Assembly: GCA_049840735.1 (NCBI GenBank)
Contig: JASGJN010000017.1
Location: 448,001-512,000, forward strand
Direction: 5' to 3'
Length of the DNA stretch: 64,000 nt
Source of the DNA: Anaeromyxobacter sp.
GTDB lineage: Bacteria > Myxococcota > Myxococcia > Myxococcales > Anaeromyxobacteraceae
Below the pieces are notes generated by a model. The model had not been told where the DNA came from. It saw nothing but the letters and a program-made list of their open reading frames with translations, and made no database searches. Every line of letters starts with the position of its first letter. The first letter of the stretch is position 1. Made by a program: the position numbers and the translations under genes. This document shows, piece by piece, positions 22,048 through 34,439 of this stretch.

Positions 22048-23829
22048 ATGGATGCCCGCATCGAGCTCGACACCCGCCTGCAGGCGCGCCGCGCCCGCGT
22101 GGCCCAGCTGGACCGCTCCGACGCCGCCGTGGCCCGCGCCCGCCTGGTGATCTTCCTGGTCGCGGCCGCCACCGCCGTGATCGCCTGGCGCGGCCAGGTG
22201 CCCTGGGCCTGGCTGGCCGCCCCCGCCGCCGCCTTCGTGGCCCTGGTGGTCACGCACGACCGCGTGCTGCGCGCCCGGGAGCGGGCGCGGCGGGCGGTGG
22301 CCTTCCACGAGGGCGCGCTCTCGCGCCTGGACGGCACCTTCGCCGGCAAGGGGGTCCAGGGCGAGCGGTTCGCCGAGCCGGGGCACCCCTACGCCGCCGA
22401 CCTGGACCTGTTCGGCTCCGGCGCGCTCTTCGAGCTGCTCTGCACGGCGCGGACGCGCCCGGGCGAGGAGCTGCTGGCGCGCTGGCTGCTCACGCCCGCG
22501 GCGGCGGCCGAGGTGCGCGCGCGCCAGCGGGCGGTGGCGGAGCTGCTCCCCCGCCTCGACCTGCGCGAGGACCTGGCGGTCGTGGGCGAGGACGTGCGCG
22601 CCGCGGTGGACCCGGCCTCGCTCGCCGCCTGGGGCGCGGCGCGCCCGTCGCTGCCGGCCTGGGCGGCGCCCGCGGGGGCGGTGCTGGCGGTCGCCGGCGC
22701 GGGGGCGCTCGGGTACTGGCTCACCGGCCACTCCTGGCTGCCGCTGCTGGTCATGGCGCTGATCGCCTGGGGCTTCCGGCGGCTGGTGGCGCCCTCGCTG
22801 CAGGGCGTGCTGGGCGGGCTGGACCGCCCGGCGGCGGAGCTGCGCGTGCTGGCCCTCTTGCTGGCGCGGCTGGAGGCGGAGCCGCTCCGGGACGAGCGGC
22901 TGGTGGCCCTCCAGGCGCGGCTGCGGGGGCCGGAGGGGCTGGCCTCGCAGCGCATCGCCCGGCTGGAGCGGCTGGCGACGCGGCTGGAGTGGGAGCGCAA
23001 CCAGCTCTTCGCGCCCATCGGGTTCCTGCTGCACTGGAGCGTGCTGCTGGGGGCCGCGGTGGAGCGCTGGCGCCGCAGCTCCGGGCCGGCCATCGGCGAG
23101 TGGCTGGCGGCCTCGGCCGAGCTGGAGGCGCTGGCCTCGGTGGCGGGCTACGCGCACGAGCACCCCGGCCACGTGGTGCCGGAGGTGCTCGATCCCGCCC
23201 CCGGCGCGCTGCCGGTGCTGGAGGGCGAGGCGGTCCGGCACCCGCTGCTGGCCGAGGCGGTCGCCAACGACCTGCGCCTGGGCGGGACCGGGCCGCGCGC
23301 CCTGCTGGTCTCCGGCTCCAACATGTCCGGCAAGAGCACCTACCTGCGCACGGTGGGCGTCAACGTGGTGCTGGCGCTGGTGGGGGCGCCGGTGCGCGCC
23401 GCCCGGCTCCGCCTCACGCCGCTCCACCCGGGCGCCACGCTGCGCATCCAGGACTCGCTGCAGGCGGGCCGCTCGCGCTTCTACGCCGAGATCAGCCGGC
23501 TGAAGGAGCTGGTGGACCTGACCGCCGGCCCGCTGCCGCTCCTGTTCCTGCTCGACGAGATCCTCCACGGCACCAACAGCCACGACCGGCGCATCGGCGC
23601 GGCGGCGCTGGTCCGCACGCTGCTGGCGCGCGGGGCCATCGGGCTGGTCACCACCCACGACCTGGCGCTGACCGAGCTGGCCGGCGGCGCCGGGGCCGCG
23701 CTCGACAACGCACACTTCGAGGACCAGGTCCGCGACGGCGCCATCGCCTTCGACTACCGGCTGCGGCCAGGGGTGGTGGCCCACTCCAACGCGCTGGCGC
23801 TGATGCGGGCGGTGGGGCTGGAGGTGTAG
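22048..23829 (+). CDS. Membrane-anchored MutS-family ATPase (domain V only)
   Basis: N-terminal TM segments, GSNMSGKSTYLR, SRFYAE, LLDEILHGTNS, TTHDL; no mismatch-binding domain. Confidence 0.88.
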   Translation: MDARIELDTRLQARRARVAQLDRSDAAVARARLVIFLVAAATAVIAWRGQVPWAWLAAPAAAFVALVVTHDRVLRARERARRAVAFHEGALSRLDGTFAGKGVQGERFAEPGHPYAADLDLFGSGALFELLCTARTRPGEELLARWLLTPAAAAEVRARQRAVAELLPRLDLREDLAVVGEDVRAAVDPASLAAWGAARPSLPAWAAPAGAVLAVAGAGALGYWLTGHSWLPLLVMALIAWGFRRLVAPSLQGVLGGLDRPAAELRVLALLLARLEAEPLRDERLVALQARLRGPEGLASQRIARLERLATRLEWERNQLFAPIGFLLHWSVLLGAAVERWRRSSGPAIGEWLAASAELEALASVAGYAHEHPGHVVPEVLDPAPGALPVLEGEAVRHPLLAEAVANDLRLGGTGPRALLVSGSNMSGKSTYLRTVGVNVVLALVGAPVRAARLRLTPLHPGATLRIQDSLQAGRSRFYAEISRLKELVDLTAGPLPLLFLLDEILHGTNSHDRRIGAAALVRTLLARGAIGLVTTHDLALTELAGGAGAALDNAHFEDQVRDGAIAFDYRLRPGVVAHSNALALMRAVGLEV

Positions 23830-24823
23830 TCGAGCCCTCCACCGTCAGGATCTCCGCCCCGTCCTCGGTGACGGCCAGCGTGTGCTCGAACTGCGCCGAG
23901 CGCTTGCCGTCGTGGGTCACGGCCGTCCAGCCGTCGTCCCAGAGCGCGTCCTGCCAGTCGCCCTCGGTGATCATGGGCTCGACCGTGAAGGTCATCCCGG
24001 GCTGCATGATGCGGCGCATGCCAGGGTCGTAGTGGTGGGGGATCTGGATGGTGGTGTGGAAGGTCTCGCCGATGCCGTGGCCGCAGTAGGCCCGCACCAC
24101 GCCGTAGCGGTGGCGCGAGGCGTGGGCCTCGATGGCCTTGCCAATCTCCGAGATGGGCTTGCCGGGCTGGACCGCCGCAATCCCCTGCTGCAGGCACTCG
24201 CGGGCCACCTGCACCAGCTTGCGCCCTTCGGCGTCCACCTCGCCCACCAGGAAGGTGGCGGAGCAGTCGCCGTGCATCCCCTCCAGGAAGACGGTGATGT
24301 CGAGGTTGACGATGTCCCCGTCCTCCAGCGGCCGGCTGTCCGGGATACCGTGGCAGATGACCTCGTTCACCGAGGTGCAGATCGACTTGGGGAAGCCGCG
24401 GTAGTTGAGCGGGCTGGGGTAGCCGCCCAGGCGGATGGTCTCCTGGTGGGCCAGGTCGTCCAGCGCGTCGGTGGTGATGCCCGGCCGGACCGCCTCGCCG
24501 GCGACCCGGAGCACCCGCGCCGCCGCGCGGCAGGCGTGGCGCAGCCGCTCCAGCTCCTCCGGCGTCTTGACGTCCTTCCCCTGGGCGCGCGGGCGCCCCG
24601 TGGCGGCGTAGTCCGGACGCACGATGTGCGGCGGGACGGCGCGCCGCGGCGAGACCACCCCGGGCGCGAGCGGCCGGCGGCGGCGCACCGGAGCGGCGAC
24701 GCCGGTCGCGGCCGCGGCGTCGTCGGCCGGGCCGTGGCACTTCTTGTACTTCTGGCCGCTCCCGCAGTGGCAGGGGTCGTTCCGGCCGGGCCGGGAGCGC
24801 ACGGTGGGCTGGGAGGTGGTCAC
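23830..24823 (-). CDS. map: Type I methionine aminopeptidase with N-terminal SEC-C Zn motif
   Basis: GRNDPCHCGSGQKYKKCH; TSVNEVICHGIP, GDCSATF, GHGIG, EPMI, SAQFEHT. The true stop is probably near 23830 (one-base insertion); the ORF as given reads on to 23648. Confidence 0.92.
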
Positions 24824-24868
24824 GCGCGGTCCTCCCGCGCCAGGGCGACGTGGTTCATCCCCCCCGTT

Positions 24869-25480
24869 CTAAGGGGAATGGCCGGTCCGGGCAATCTCGC
24901 GCCTGCGGAAGGGCGGGTCGGGGCCCGGCGCGGGCCCCCTCCCCCCGTACCCCCCATCACGCAGGCTCGAGCCGAATGGGCGGCGTGATCGAATCTGCGC
25001 GGGCGAGTCGGTCTGGCCGGGGATGGACGCCCTCGGCTGCCCCTCCTCCTCCAGCTCCTCGGCCAGCTGCTGCATGCGGCCGCCCAGGTCCTCCAGCTCC
25101 TCCTTCGAGCAGTTCTCCTGCACCAGCGGGAAGAGCTCCTGCTCCTCCTCCTCGACGTGGTGCTCGACCTGCTCCTGCAGGACCTTCACCTTGGCCTGGA
25201 ACTGCGGGTCGTCCAGGTCCGACCCCATGATGTCGGCCAGCAGCTTCTTCATGGCCAGGTGCTCCTCCACCGACTCGCGCAGGAGCTCCTCGGTGTTCTC
25301 CTGCTTCGACTCCGGGTAGAAGAGCTTCTCCTCGATGGTGGCGTGGACGGCCAGCGCGTCGCCGATCTGCTGGCAGAGCCGCTCGCGCGTCTTGCGCGCG
25401 CCCTCGCCCGTCCCCTCGAACTCCTCGAACAGCTCGTTCACCTCCTGATGCTGCTGCTTCAGCAACTCAATCGCGTTCAC
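24869..25480 (-). CDS. Hemerythrin/HHE-domain protein
   Basis: LLKQQH, HATIEEKLFYP, EEH, HHVEEEEQELFP; the real stop is likely near 24990. Confidence 0.85.
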   Translation of the reverse strand: MNAIELLKQQHQEVNELFEEFEGTGEGARKTRERLCQQIGDALAVHATIEEKLFYPESKQENTEELLRESVEEHLAMKKLLADIMGSDLDDPQFQAKVKVLQEQVEHHVEEEEQELFPLVQENCSKEELEDLGGRMQQLAEELEEEGQPRASIPGQTDSPAQIRSRRPFGSSLRDGGYGGRGPAPGPDPPFRRREIARTGHSP

Positions 25481-25638
25481 GGCGTCTCCTCCCTTTCCCG
25501 GAGGCTAGGCACTGGACGCGGGCGGGGCCGGACGCCCCCGGGCAGCTCGCCCGCGGACCCCCGGCCCCGTCGTTTCCCGTACATGCTGGCGCGCCGGGAA
25601 CCGCGCGGGCCTCCGGCGCACCGGCCACGGCCCGGGCG

Positions 25639-27921
25639 TCAGGCCGCCCGCTTGATCTCCTGGGCGACGTCCGGCTCCGCGCGGCGGAGGCGGAGGTCGA
25701 TCACGATGGCGCGCAGCACGAAGACCAGCAGCGCCACCGCGCCCACGTCGAAGACCAGGTCGGGCACCACGCGCGCCCAGGTGAAGGCGTGCATCACCGC
25801 GCTCCCGGTGACCTCCGGGCTGCGGGCGTACCAGAGCCCCTCCTTCACGCCGATGGCCAGCTGGTAGATGCCCGCCGGCAGCAGCGAGAAGACGATCATG
25901 CCGGCCAGGCCGCCGTTGAGCCCCCAGAACGCCACCTTCAGGAGCCGGTCGCTCCAGGCCGCGGTCCGCACGATGTTGCGCATCGAGAAGAGCATCAGCG
26001 CGATGGCCAGGAAGCCGTACACGCCGAAGAGCGCGCCGTGCGAGTGGATGGGCGTCGTGTTGAGCCCCTGCGCGTAGTAGAGGACGATGGGCGGGTTGAT
26101 GAGGAAGCCCAGCACGCCGGCGCCCACCGCGTTCCAGAAGGCCACCGCCACGAAGAAGTAGAGCGGCCAGCGCCAGGGGGTGGCGTTCCCGCCGGAGCGG
26201 GCCAGCTTCAGGTTCTCGAACACCTCGAAGCCCAGCAGCGTGAGCGGGACGATCTCCAGCGCCGAGAAGGTGGCGCCCAGCGCGGTGATGAAGAGCGGCG
26301 AGCCGGTGAAGTAGAGGTGGTGGAAGGTGCCGATGATGCCGGCGCCCAGGTAGAGCAGGATGGAGAAGTGGGTGGCCCGCTGGGCCGCCTTCACACCGAC
26401 CGCGCCGATGCGGGAGAGGATGAAGGCCAGGGCGACGGTGGCGAAGACCTCGAAGAAGTTCTCCACCCACAGGTGCACCACCCACCAGCGCCAGTAGTCG
26501 GCGACGGCGATGTGCGAGCCGGGGGTGTAGAGCAGGCCGACCGCGTAGAAGAGCGGGATGGAGACCGAGGCGTAGAGCAGCAGGTGGGTGAGGCCGCCCT
26601 TGTCCTGCTCGGCCGCCAGGGCCGGCTTGATGGCGCGGTAGACCAGCCCCAGCCAGAGCAGCATCCCGGCGATCAGGGCCACCTGCCAGACGCGCCCGAG
26701 CTCGATGTACTCGTAGCCCTGGTGGCCGACCAGCCAGCCGTCGGGGCCGGAGAGCTTGCCGGCCACGCCCAGGTAGGTGCCCGCCAGCGCGCCCACCACC
26801 ACCACCACCAGCGCGCCCAGCAGCACGTAGACCAGCGCCTTCTGGCCCTTCGGCTCGTGGCCGCCGGTGACCAGCGGCCCGATGAAGAGGCCGGTGGCGA
26901 GCCAGCAGGTGGCGATCCAGAAGACGGCCAGCTGCAGGTGCCAGCCGCGGGTGGCGGCGTAGGGCAGCAGCGCCCCCACCTCGACGCCGAAGAGCTTGTT
27001 GCCCTCCACCGCGTAGTGGCCGGTCACCGAGCCGAGCAGGGCCTGCAGGATGAAGAGCAGGATGGCCACGGCGAAGTAGGGCAGCGCGGCGCGCTGGCTG
27101 GGCGTCGGGTTCGGCTCCTTGAACGCCGCGATGCGGGCCGGCTCCTCGGGGTCGGCCGCGCGCATGCGGAGGTAGGCGAAGATGGCGATGGCGGTGCCCA
27201 GGATGAGCAGCACCACCGAGACGATGGACCAGACCAGCGAGGAGGGCAGCGGCACGTTCCCGACCAGCGGGTCGTGCGGGAAGTTCGCGGTGTAGCTGTA
27301 GGTCTCGCCGGGGCGGTCGGTGCCGGCGGCCCAGGCGGTCCAGTAGAAGAAGGTGGTCAGGGCCCGCGCGTCGTCCGGGTCGGCCACGAAGCCGGCCGGG
27401 ATGGACATGGCGTCCGAGCCGTCGTGGAAGAGCTGGGTGTAGTAGGCCACCAGCGCCGGGAAGGCGGCGGCCTGGCCGGGCGAGAGGGTCAGCGTGTCGG
27501 TGGCCGGGTCGTAGCGGTTCTGGCGCAGCTCCTCCGCCACCTCCGCCTCGACCCGCCCGCGTTCGCCGGCGGGCAGCGCCTTGAGGTCACCCTGGGTGAA
27601 CGCGGCCGCCTCGACCGGCGCCAGCCCGCGGCGCAGGCCGGCGGTGGTGAGGCCGATCCGGTGCAGCGCGTCGGCCGACCAGTCCGGCGCCAGGTAGGCG
27701 CCGTGGCCCCAGATCGAGCCGGTCTGCTGGCCGCCGCGGGAGAGGTACTGCCGCTGGCCCAGCGCGACGTCGGCGGCGGTGAACAGCACCTCGCCGGAGG
27801 GCGACACCACGCGGCCGGGGATGGGCGGCTTGTGCGCGCTGATCTGCGCGCCGCCGAAGATCAGGACGGTGAACGCGGCCACGATGACGAAGAGGAGTAC
27901 GGCTCTGGACTTTCCGCTCAC
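25639..27921 (-). CDS. norB: Quinol-dependent nitric oxide reductase (qNor)
   Basis: 760 aa; GSIWGHGAYLAPDWSAD, WWVVHLWVENFFEVF, GTFHHLYF, HSHGALFGVYG. Confidence 0.95.
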   Translation of the reverse strand: MSGKSRAVLLFVIVAAFTVLIFGGAQISAHKPPIPGRVVSPSGEVLFTAADVALGQRQYLSRGGQQTGSIWGHGAYLAPDWSADALHRIGLTTAGLRRGLAPVEAAAFTQGDLKALPAGERGRVEAEVAEELRQNRYDPATDTLTLSPGQAAAFPALVAYYTQLFHDGSDAMSIPAGFVADPDDARALTTFFYWTAWAAGTDRPGETYSYTANFPHDPLVGNVPLPSSLVWSIVSVVLLILGTAIAIFAYLRMRAADPEEPARIAAFKEPNPTPSQRAALPYFAVAILLFILQALLGSVTGHYAVEGNKLFGVEVGALLPYAATRGWHLQLAVFWIATCWLATGLFIGPLVTGGHEPKGQKALVYVLLGALVVVVVGALAGTYLGVAGKLSGPDGWLVGHQGYEYIELGRVWQVALIAGMLLWLGLVYRAIKPALAAEQDKGGLTHLLLYASVSIPLFYAVGLLYTPGSHIAVADYWRWWVVHLWVENFFEVFATVALAFILSRIGAVGVKAAQRATHFSILLYLGAGIIGTFHHLYFTGSPLFITALGATFSALEIVPLTLLGFEVFENLKLARSGGNATPWRWPLYFFVAVAFWNAVGAGVLGFLINPPIVLYYAQGLNTTPIHSHGALFGVYGFLAIALMLFSMRNIVRTAAWSDRLLKVAFWGLNGGLAGMIVFSLLPAGIYQLAIGVKEGLWYARSPEVTGSAVMHAFTWARVVPDLVFDVGAVALLVFVLRAIVIDLRLRRAEPDVAQEIKRAA

Positions 27922-27991
27922 GGGTTGACTCTCCTGGTGCAGGGCACTGCAGCGGCCGGGGGGCTCCCGGCCTCGTTGCCAGCGTTCTCGT

Positions 27992-28579
27992 TCAGGCGCC
28001 GCAGCCGAAGCGCTGCGGACGGGGGTGGGCCACCGGCGCGTACCTGGCCACCAGCTCCTCGGCCAGCGCCTGGAGCCGCGCCTGCGGCGCCGCGCGCTCG
28101 GCCTCGCGGCGGGCGCAGGCCTCGCCCACCGCGGCGAGGACCTCGGCGGGCAGGTGCTGCTCCGCCATCGGGTAGAGGATGGCGTCCTCCTTGTGGATGT
28201 GGGCGTGGAGCAGCGCGGCGAAGCCGTGCGCGTCCTCGGCGATGGCCTGCCGGTCGGCGTCGGTCCACGGCGTGGCCTGCTCGGCGCGCGCGCGCAGCGA
28301 CCGGACCAGGGTGCGGCCCAGGTCGTGCTCGTGGAGCATCACCGCCAGCGGGCCGCCCTGCGAAGGGAAGCCGTGCTCCACCATGGCGGCGAAGAGGATG
28401 GCCTCCTCCTTGCCGTGGTGCGCCTCGTCGGCGAAGTCGCGCAGGAAGGCGACGAACCTGCCCAGCTCCTCGCGCTCGGTCACGCCGCGGCGGCACACCT
28501 CGTCGGCGAACGCCTCCAGGGCGTCGAGCGCGCGCTCGATCGTCCGGTGTTCCTCCATCAGCAGCTCGATGGCGTCCAT
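27992..28579 (-). CDS. Hemerythrin-domain protein, first gene of the qNor operon
   Basis: LMEEH, HHGKEEAILF, MLHEH, HIHKEDAILYP; SD GAGAGG upstream. Confidence 0.88.
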   Translation of the reverse strand: MDAIELLMEEHRTIERALDALEAFADEVCRRGVTEREELGRFVAFLRDFADEAHHGKEEAILFAAMVEHGFPSQGGPLAVMLHEHDLGRTLVRSLRARAEQATPWTDADRQAIAEDAHGFAALLHAHIHKEDAILYPMAEQHLPAEVLAAVGEACARREAERAAPQARLQALAEELVARYAPVAHPRPQRFGCGA

Positions 28580-28628
28580 CGTGTTCCTCTCTCCGGCGGG
28601 GGCCGGCGTCGTTCCGCGCCCCACCTAG

Positions 28629-28645
28629 AGCAAGGAGCCTGCCGA
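28629..28645 (-). promoter_or_regulatory. sigma-54 (-24/-12) promoter for hemerythrin-norB
   Basis: Minus strand tcGGCAGGCTCCTTGCt = GG-N10-GC with TTGC. Confidence 0.7.
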
Positions 28646-28747
28646 CTGCACAAGTGGCCGTCATCACAGGGATCCGGCGCGCTCCGGGCGGGCCGCGCAC
28701 CCAAGGTTGGTTGTGCCCGGCACCGTCCTGTGGGTATCCACCTTGGG

Positions 28748-30336
<1,589 letters not shown>

Positions 30337-32649
30337 CTACCGCGCCCCGCGCCCGGCGTGCAGCCGGAAGATGTCGGCCAGCAGCACGCCCGCGGTGGAG
30401 GCCGCGCCCACGCCCGCGCCGGCCACCAGCAGCGGGCGGTCGGCGTGGCGGGCGGTGGTGAAGGCCACGTAGGCCTCCACGCCGGAGAGCCGGCCGGCGG
30501 GGTGATCGGCCGAGACCGCCACCGGCCCCACCTGCAGCGAGAGCCGGCCGTTCCCGGCCGGGCCGAGCCGCGCCACGTAGCGGAGCACCTGCCCGTCGCG
30601 GCGCAGCTCCTCGGCGCGCGCGGCCATGGCCTCGTCGTGGGTCCGCAGCTGGGCGATGAGCGCGTCGGGGGTGCCCGGGGCCAGCAGCGCCGGGGGGACC
30701 AGCGGCTCGAGGGCCACGTCCTCCAGCTCCACCTGCGCCCCCAGCTCGCGGGCCAGGATCACCGCCTTGCGGGCCGAGTCCAGGCCGGAGAGGTCGTCGC
30801 GCGGGTCGGCCTCGGCGTAGCCCAGCCCCATGGCCCAGCGGAGCGCCAGCGACAGCGCCGTCCCGCGCTGCACCTCGCTCACCAGGAACCCCAGCGTGCC
30901 GGAGAGCGAGCCCTCCACCCGGACCACCCGGTCGCCGCTCTCCAGCAGCCGCCGCAGCGTGCCGATCACCGGCAGGCTGGCGCCCACCGCGCCGTCGTAG
31001 AGCCACTGCCGGCCGTGCTGGCGGCGCGACTCGCGGGCCAGGTCCAGCGCGCGGCTCCCGGCGGCCAGCGGCAGCTTGTTGGAGCCGACCACGTCGATGC
31101 CGCGGCGGAAGGCCTGCGCGTAGACCTCCTCCATGCCGGCCGCCGCGGTCACGTCCACCAGCACCGGGTTGGGCAGCGCCGCCAGCCGGTCCAGCAGCGC
31201 CGGGGCGCTGCGGGCGTCGAGCGCGCCGCTGGCGGGGGCGCCGGCCAGCCGGTCGCGCCAGCCCTCGAGGTCGATGCCGTCTCCGTCCAGCACCGCGCCG
31301 CGCCGGTCCGCCAGGCCCACCACCCGCAGCACCACGTCGTAGTCGCGCTCCAGCTCGGTGCGCTGGACGCGGATCTGCTCCAGCAGCTCGGTCCCGACCT
31401 TCCCCTTCCCCGCCACCAGCAGGGACAGCCCGCGCTCGCGGAAGCCGCGCGCCAGCGGCTCCCCCTCCACCGGGCGCGGCCGCTCCTCGCCGCGGAAGCC
31501 GGCCACCATGTCGGAGAGCCGGTCCACGTCGATGAGGAAGGCGTCATGGCCGTGCGGCGAGTCGAGCACCGCCAGGCGGGCGCCGGGGACGCCCCGGGCC
31601 ACCTGCCGCTGCTCCTCCGGCCAGTAGATGACGTCGGAGTCGATGGAGACCACCAGGGTGGGCACGCGGAGGGTCCGGAGGACGTCCTCCAGGTCCCCGC
31701 CCCGGCCGCGGGTCACGTCCTGGGTGTCCATGGCCCGGGTGAGCGTGATGTAGGTGGCAGCGTCGAAGCGCTCCACCAGCTGCCGCCCCTGGTAGCGGAG
31801 GTAGCTCTCCACCGCGAACTGGTCCTCGGCCTGGGGGCGGCGCCCGAAGCGCTCCTCGAAGGAGGGCGCGCTGCGATAGCTCAGCATGGCCATCATGCGG
31901 GCCGCGCCCAGGCCGGCGTCGGGCGGGGCATCCAGGCTGTAGCGGCCGTCGGCCCAGCGCGGGTCGGCGTAGATGGCCTGCCGCTGCGCCTCGGAGGTGC
32001 CGATGGCCCAGGCCGAGTGGCGGGAGGTGGAGGCGATGAAGACCAGCGACTCCACCAGCTCCGGATACAGGAGCGCCCACTCCAGCGCCTGCATGCCGCC
32101 CAGCGAGCCGCCGATCACCATCCGCACCCGGCGCACGCCCAGGGCCGTCACCAGCGCCTGCTGGGCCCGGACCATGTCGCGGATGCTGACGTCCGGGAAG
32201 CGGCCCAGGTACGGCTCGCCGGTGGCCGGATCGACGGAGGTGGGGCCGGTGGTGCCGTAGCAGCTGCCCAGGATGTTGGAGCAGACGATGAAGTCGCGCT
32301 CCGGGTCGAAGGCGCGGCCGGGCCCGAACATCCGCGTCCACCAGCGGTCGGCGTCGGCCGAGCCGGTGAGCGCGTGGCACACCACCACCGCGTTGCCGCC
32401 GTCGGGAGCCAGCGTCCCCCAGGTGCGATAGGCGACGCGGAGCGACTGCAGCGTCCCACCGGACTCCAGCGCGAAGGGGCCTGGGTGGAGGTAGGCGAGC
32501 GTGTCGGGCGACACGAAGGCGTCGCGGGCCGCCTGGCGCTCCCGACCCAGGCCCCCACCCGCCCGCACCCCAGGCTCCCCGGGGAGCGATGGGGCACCGC
32601 GCGGCGGGCGGGCGGACGGCCCGCCCTGTGGGTCCTGGTCGGAAGCCAT
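30337..32649 (-). CDS. metX: Homoserine O-acetyltransferase fused to homoserine dehydrogenase
   Basis: [24 protein letters not shown] (MetX), then [44 protein letters not shown] (Hom). Confidence 0.9.
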   Translation of the reverse strand: MASDQDPQGGPSARPPRGAPSLPGEPGVRAGGGLGRERQAARDAFVSPDTLAYLHPGPFALESGGTLQSLRVAYRTWGTLAPDGGNAVVVCHALTGSADADRWWTRMFGPGRAFDPERDFIVCSNILGSCYGTTGPTSVDPATGEPYLGRFPDVSIRDMVRAQQALVTALGVRRVRMVIGGSLGGMQALEWALLYPELVESLVFIASTSRHSAWAIGTSEAQRQAIYADPRWADGRYSLDAPPDAGLGAARMMAMLSYRSAPSFEERFGRRPQAEDQFAVESYLRYQGRQLVERFDAATYITLTRAMDTQDVTRGRGGDLEDVLRTLRVPTLVVSIDSDVIYWPEEQRQVARGVPGARLAVLDSPHGHDAFLIDVDRLSDMVAGFRGEERPRPVEGEPLARGFRERGLSLLVAGKGKVGTELLEQIRVQRTELERDYDVVLRVVGLADRRGAVLDGDGIDLEGWRDRLAGAPASGALDARSAPALLDRLAALPNPVLVDVTAAAGMEEVYAQAFRRGIDVVGSNKLPLAAGSRALDLARESRRQHGRQWLYDGAVGASLPVIGTLRRLLESGDRVVRVEGSLSGTLGFLVSEVQRGTALSLALRWAMGLGYAEADPRDDLSGLDSARKAVILARELGAQVELEDVALEPLVPPALLAPGTPDALIAQLRTHDEAMAARAEELRRDGQVLRYVARLGPAGNGRLSLQVGPVAVSADHPAGRLSGVEAYVAFTTARHADRPLLVAGAGVGAASTAGVLLADIFRLHAGRGAR

Positions 32650-32953
32650 GGGCCGCGGAGCGTAACTGCGCGAGATCCCGGGGTCAAGGCGGCTGCCGCG
32701 CCGCGCCGCCCCGCCAGCGCGCTGGCGCCGGCTGCGCCAGCATTCACGTGCGGTGAACCGATTCCGTCCCGGGTTCATGGTAGCGGGTTGTCCTGGCGCT
32801 TGGGTACGAGGAGACCCCTGGAGGGCGCGCTGAGTCAATCGCGGAAGTGCCCGGAATCTGGCGCAGGGCACCCGGCGTCAAATTGGCCCTCGCCTTGCTC
32901 TTGGCGCCAGACCGACGACGCCAGCGACCCGGCGACACGGAGCGAGCCACCGA

Positions 32954-34171
32954 ATGACGACGACTGCACCCGAGGGGACGAACATCGCCATGAACGGTCC
33001 GCAGCTGGTGTTCGGCCCCGAGAGCCCCCTCGGCGCGCTGGTGCGCACCTGCCACCGCATCGCCCAGAGCGACGCCACCGTCCTCCTGACCGGCGGAACC
33101 GGCACCGGCAAGGAGGTCTTCGCCCGCACCATCCACGACAACAGCGCGCGCGCCGGCCGGCCGCTGGTGCCGGTCAACTGCGGCGCCATCCCCGAGGCGC
33201 TGCTCGAGTCCGAGCTCTTCGGCCACGTCCGCGGCGCCTTCACCGGCGCGCACCAGTCCCGGCGCGGCCGGCTGGCGGCCGCCGACGGCGGCACCCTCTT
33301 CCTGGACGAGGTGGGCGAGCTGCCGCTGGCGCTCCAGGTCAAGCTGCTCCGCGTCCTGCAGGAGCGGACCTACGAGCCGGTCGGCTCCACCGAGGCCCAT
33401 CCCCGCCGACTTCCGCCTGATCGCCGCCACCAACCGCGACCTGGCCGCCGAGGTGGCCGCGGGCCGCTTCCGCCGGGACCTCTACTACCGGCTGCTGGTG
33501 TGCCCCATGGAATCCCGCCCCCTGCGCGCGCGCGGCGGCGACGCGGTCCGCCTCTTCCAGCACTTCTGGGCCGCCCGCGGCGAGCGCCGCCCGCTCGAGC
33601 CGGCCGTCCTCGAGGCGCTGCAGGGCTACGACTGGCCGGGCAACGTCCGCGAGCTGGAGAACCTGGTGGAGCGGCTCTCGGTCTGCGCCGAGGGGACGTC
33701 CATCCGCCTCACCGACCTGCCGGTCGCGCTGCGTGCACGCCGGGTGAACGGCGCCACGCTGGCCGTGGTGGAGGCGGCCCCCGCCGGGCCGGCCGCCGAG
33801 GCCGCGCCCACGCCCCGTGCCGGCCTTCGCCGAGCACCATCGTCCCCAGCGCCGCCGCGCCGGCCGCCGTCGCGCCCGTGGCCGCCGTCCCGCCTGCTCC
33901 GGCTGCCCCCTCCGGCGCCGTGCTGGACGAGGGGATCGACCACCTTCCATCCTCCGGGCCCTCACCGCCGAGGACGCGCCGCCGCTGGTGGAATCCGGCC
34001 CTGGTGGCCGGTCGCCCGGTGGACCTGCCCCGGCTGCTGCGCCGCCTGGAGGAGGCCTACATCGCCGCCGCCCTGGCGCGGACCGGCGGGAACAAGAAGG
34101 CCGCCGCCGACCTGCTCGGCCTGCAGCGCACGACGCTGGTGGAGAAGCTCCGGCGGAAGAGCAAGGAGTAG
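32954..34171 (+). CDS. sigma-54 activator without sensory domain, FleQ/FlrA-like candidate flagellar master regulator; frameshifted
   Basis: [71 protein letters not shown]. Confidence 0.8.
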   Translation: MTTTAPEGTNIAMNGPQLVFGPESPLGALVRTCHRIAQSDATVLLTGGTGTGKEVFARTIHDNSARAGRPLVPVNCGAIPEALLESELFGHVRGAFTGAHQSRRGRLAAADGGTLFLDEVGELPLALQVKLLRVLQERTYEPVGSTEAHPRRLPPDRRHQPRPGRRGGRGPLPPGPLLPAAGVPHGIPPPARARRRRGPPLPALLGRPRRAPPARAGRPRGAAGLRLAGQRPRAGEPGGAALGLRRGDVHPPHRPAGRAACTPGERRHAGRGGGGPRRAGRRGRAHAPCRPSPSTIVPSAAAPAAVAPVAAVPPAPAAPSGAVLDEGIDHLPSSGPSPPRTRRRWWNPALVAGRPVDLPRLLRRLEEAYIAAALARTGGNKKAAADLLGLQRTTLVEKLRRKSKE

Positions 34172-34405
34172 CCCACTGTCGAGGCCGCGCAGCGGCCGAG
34201 AGCCTGCCAGCCCGACTGCCCGAGACGCTCCAGCCGCCCGCGCGGGCAGGGCGCCATCGCCTCACACCCACGTCCCTGGACCCTCGCGGGCGTCGCGCCT
34301 GCGTTCCGCGAGCCCGGACGCCTCGGCTCAATCGGCCCTCCCGACACCACCTTTCACCCGTAGAACCGCCCCCCTCGGCCCCCCGTCAATTCCCCAGGCG
34401 CCACC

Positions 34406-34423
34406 GTGTGCACGCCCGTTGCA
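34406..34423 (+). promoter_or_regulatory. Probable sigma-54 promoter (one deviation at -24)
   Basis: gTGTGCACGCCCGTTGCA; matches TGGCAC-N5-TTGCA if one T is an insertion error. Confidence 0.4.
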
Positions 34424-34439
34424 CTGGTGCCCCGGCGTG

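Noticed and set aside
19609..23784. 1391-aa ORF suggesting a giant EgtB-EgtD fusion
   Set aside because: It chains the antisense of the MutS-like gene, one frameshifted egtB segment and egtD; egtB has its own stop overlapping the egtD ATG.
23648..23829. Long antisense overlap of map with the MutS-like gene
   Set aside because: Removing one base gives GGC TGA right at the neighbour's stop; likely an indel artefact.
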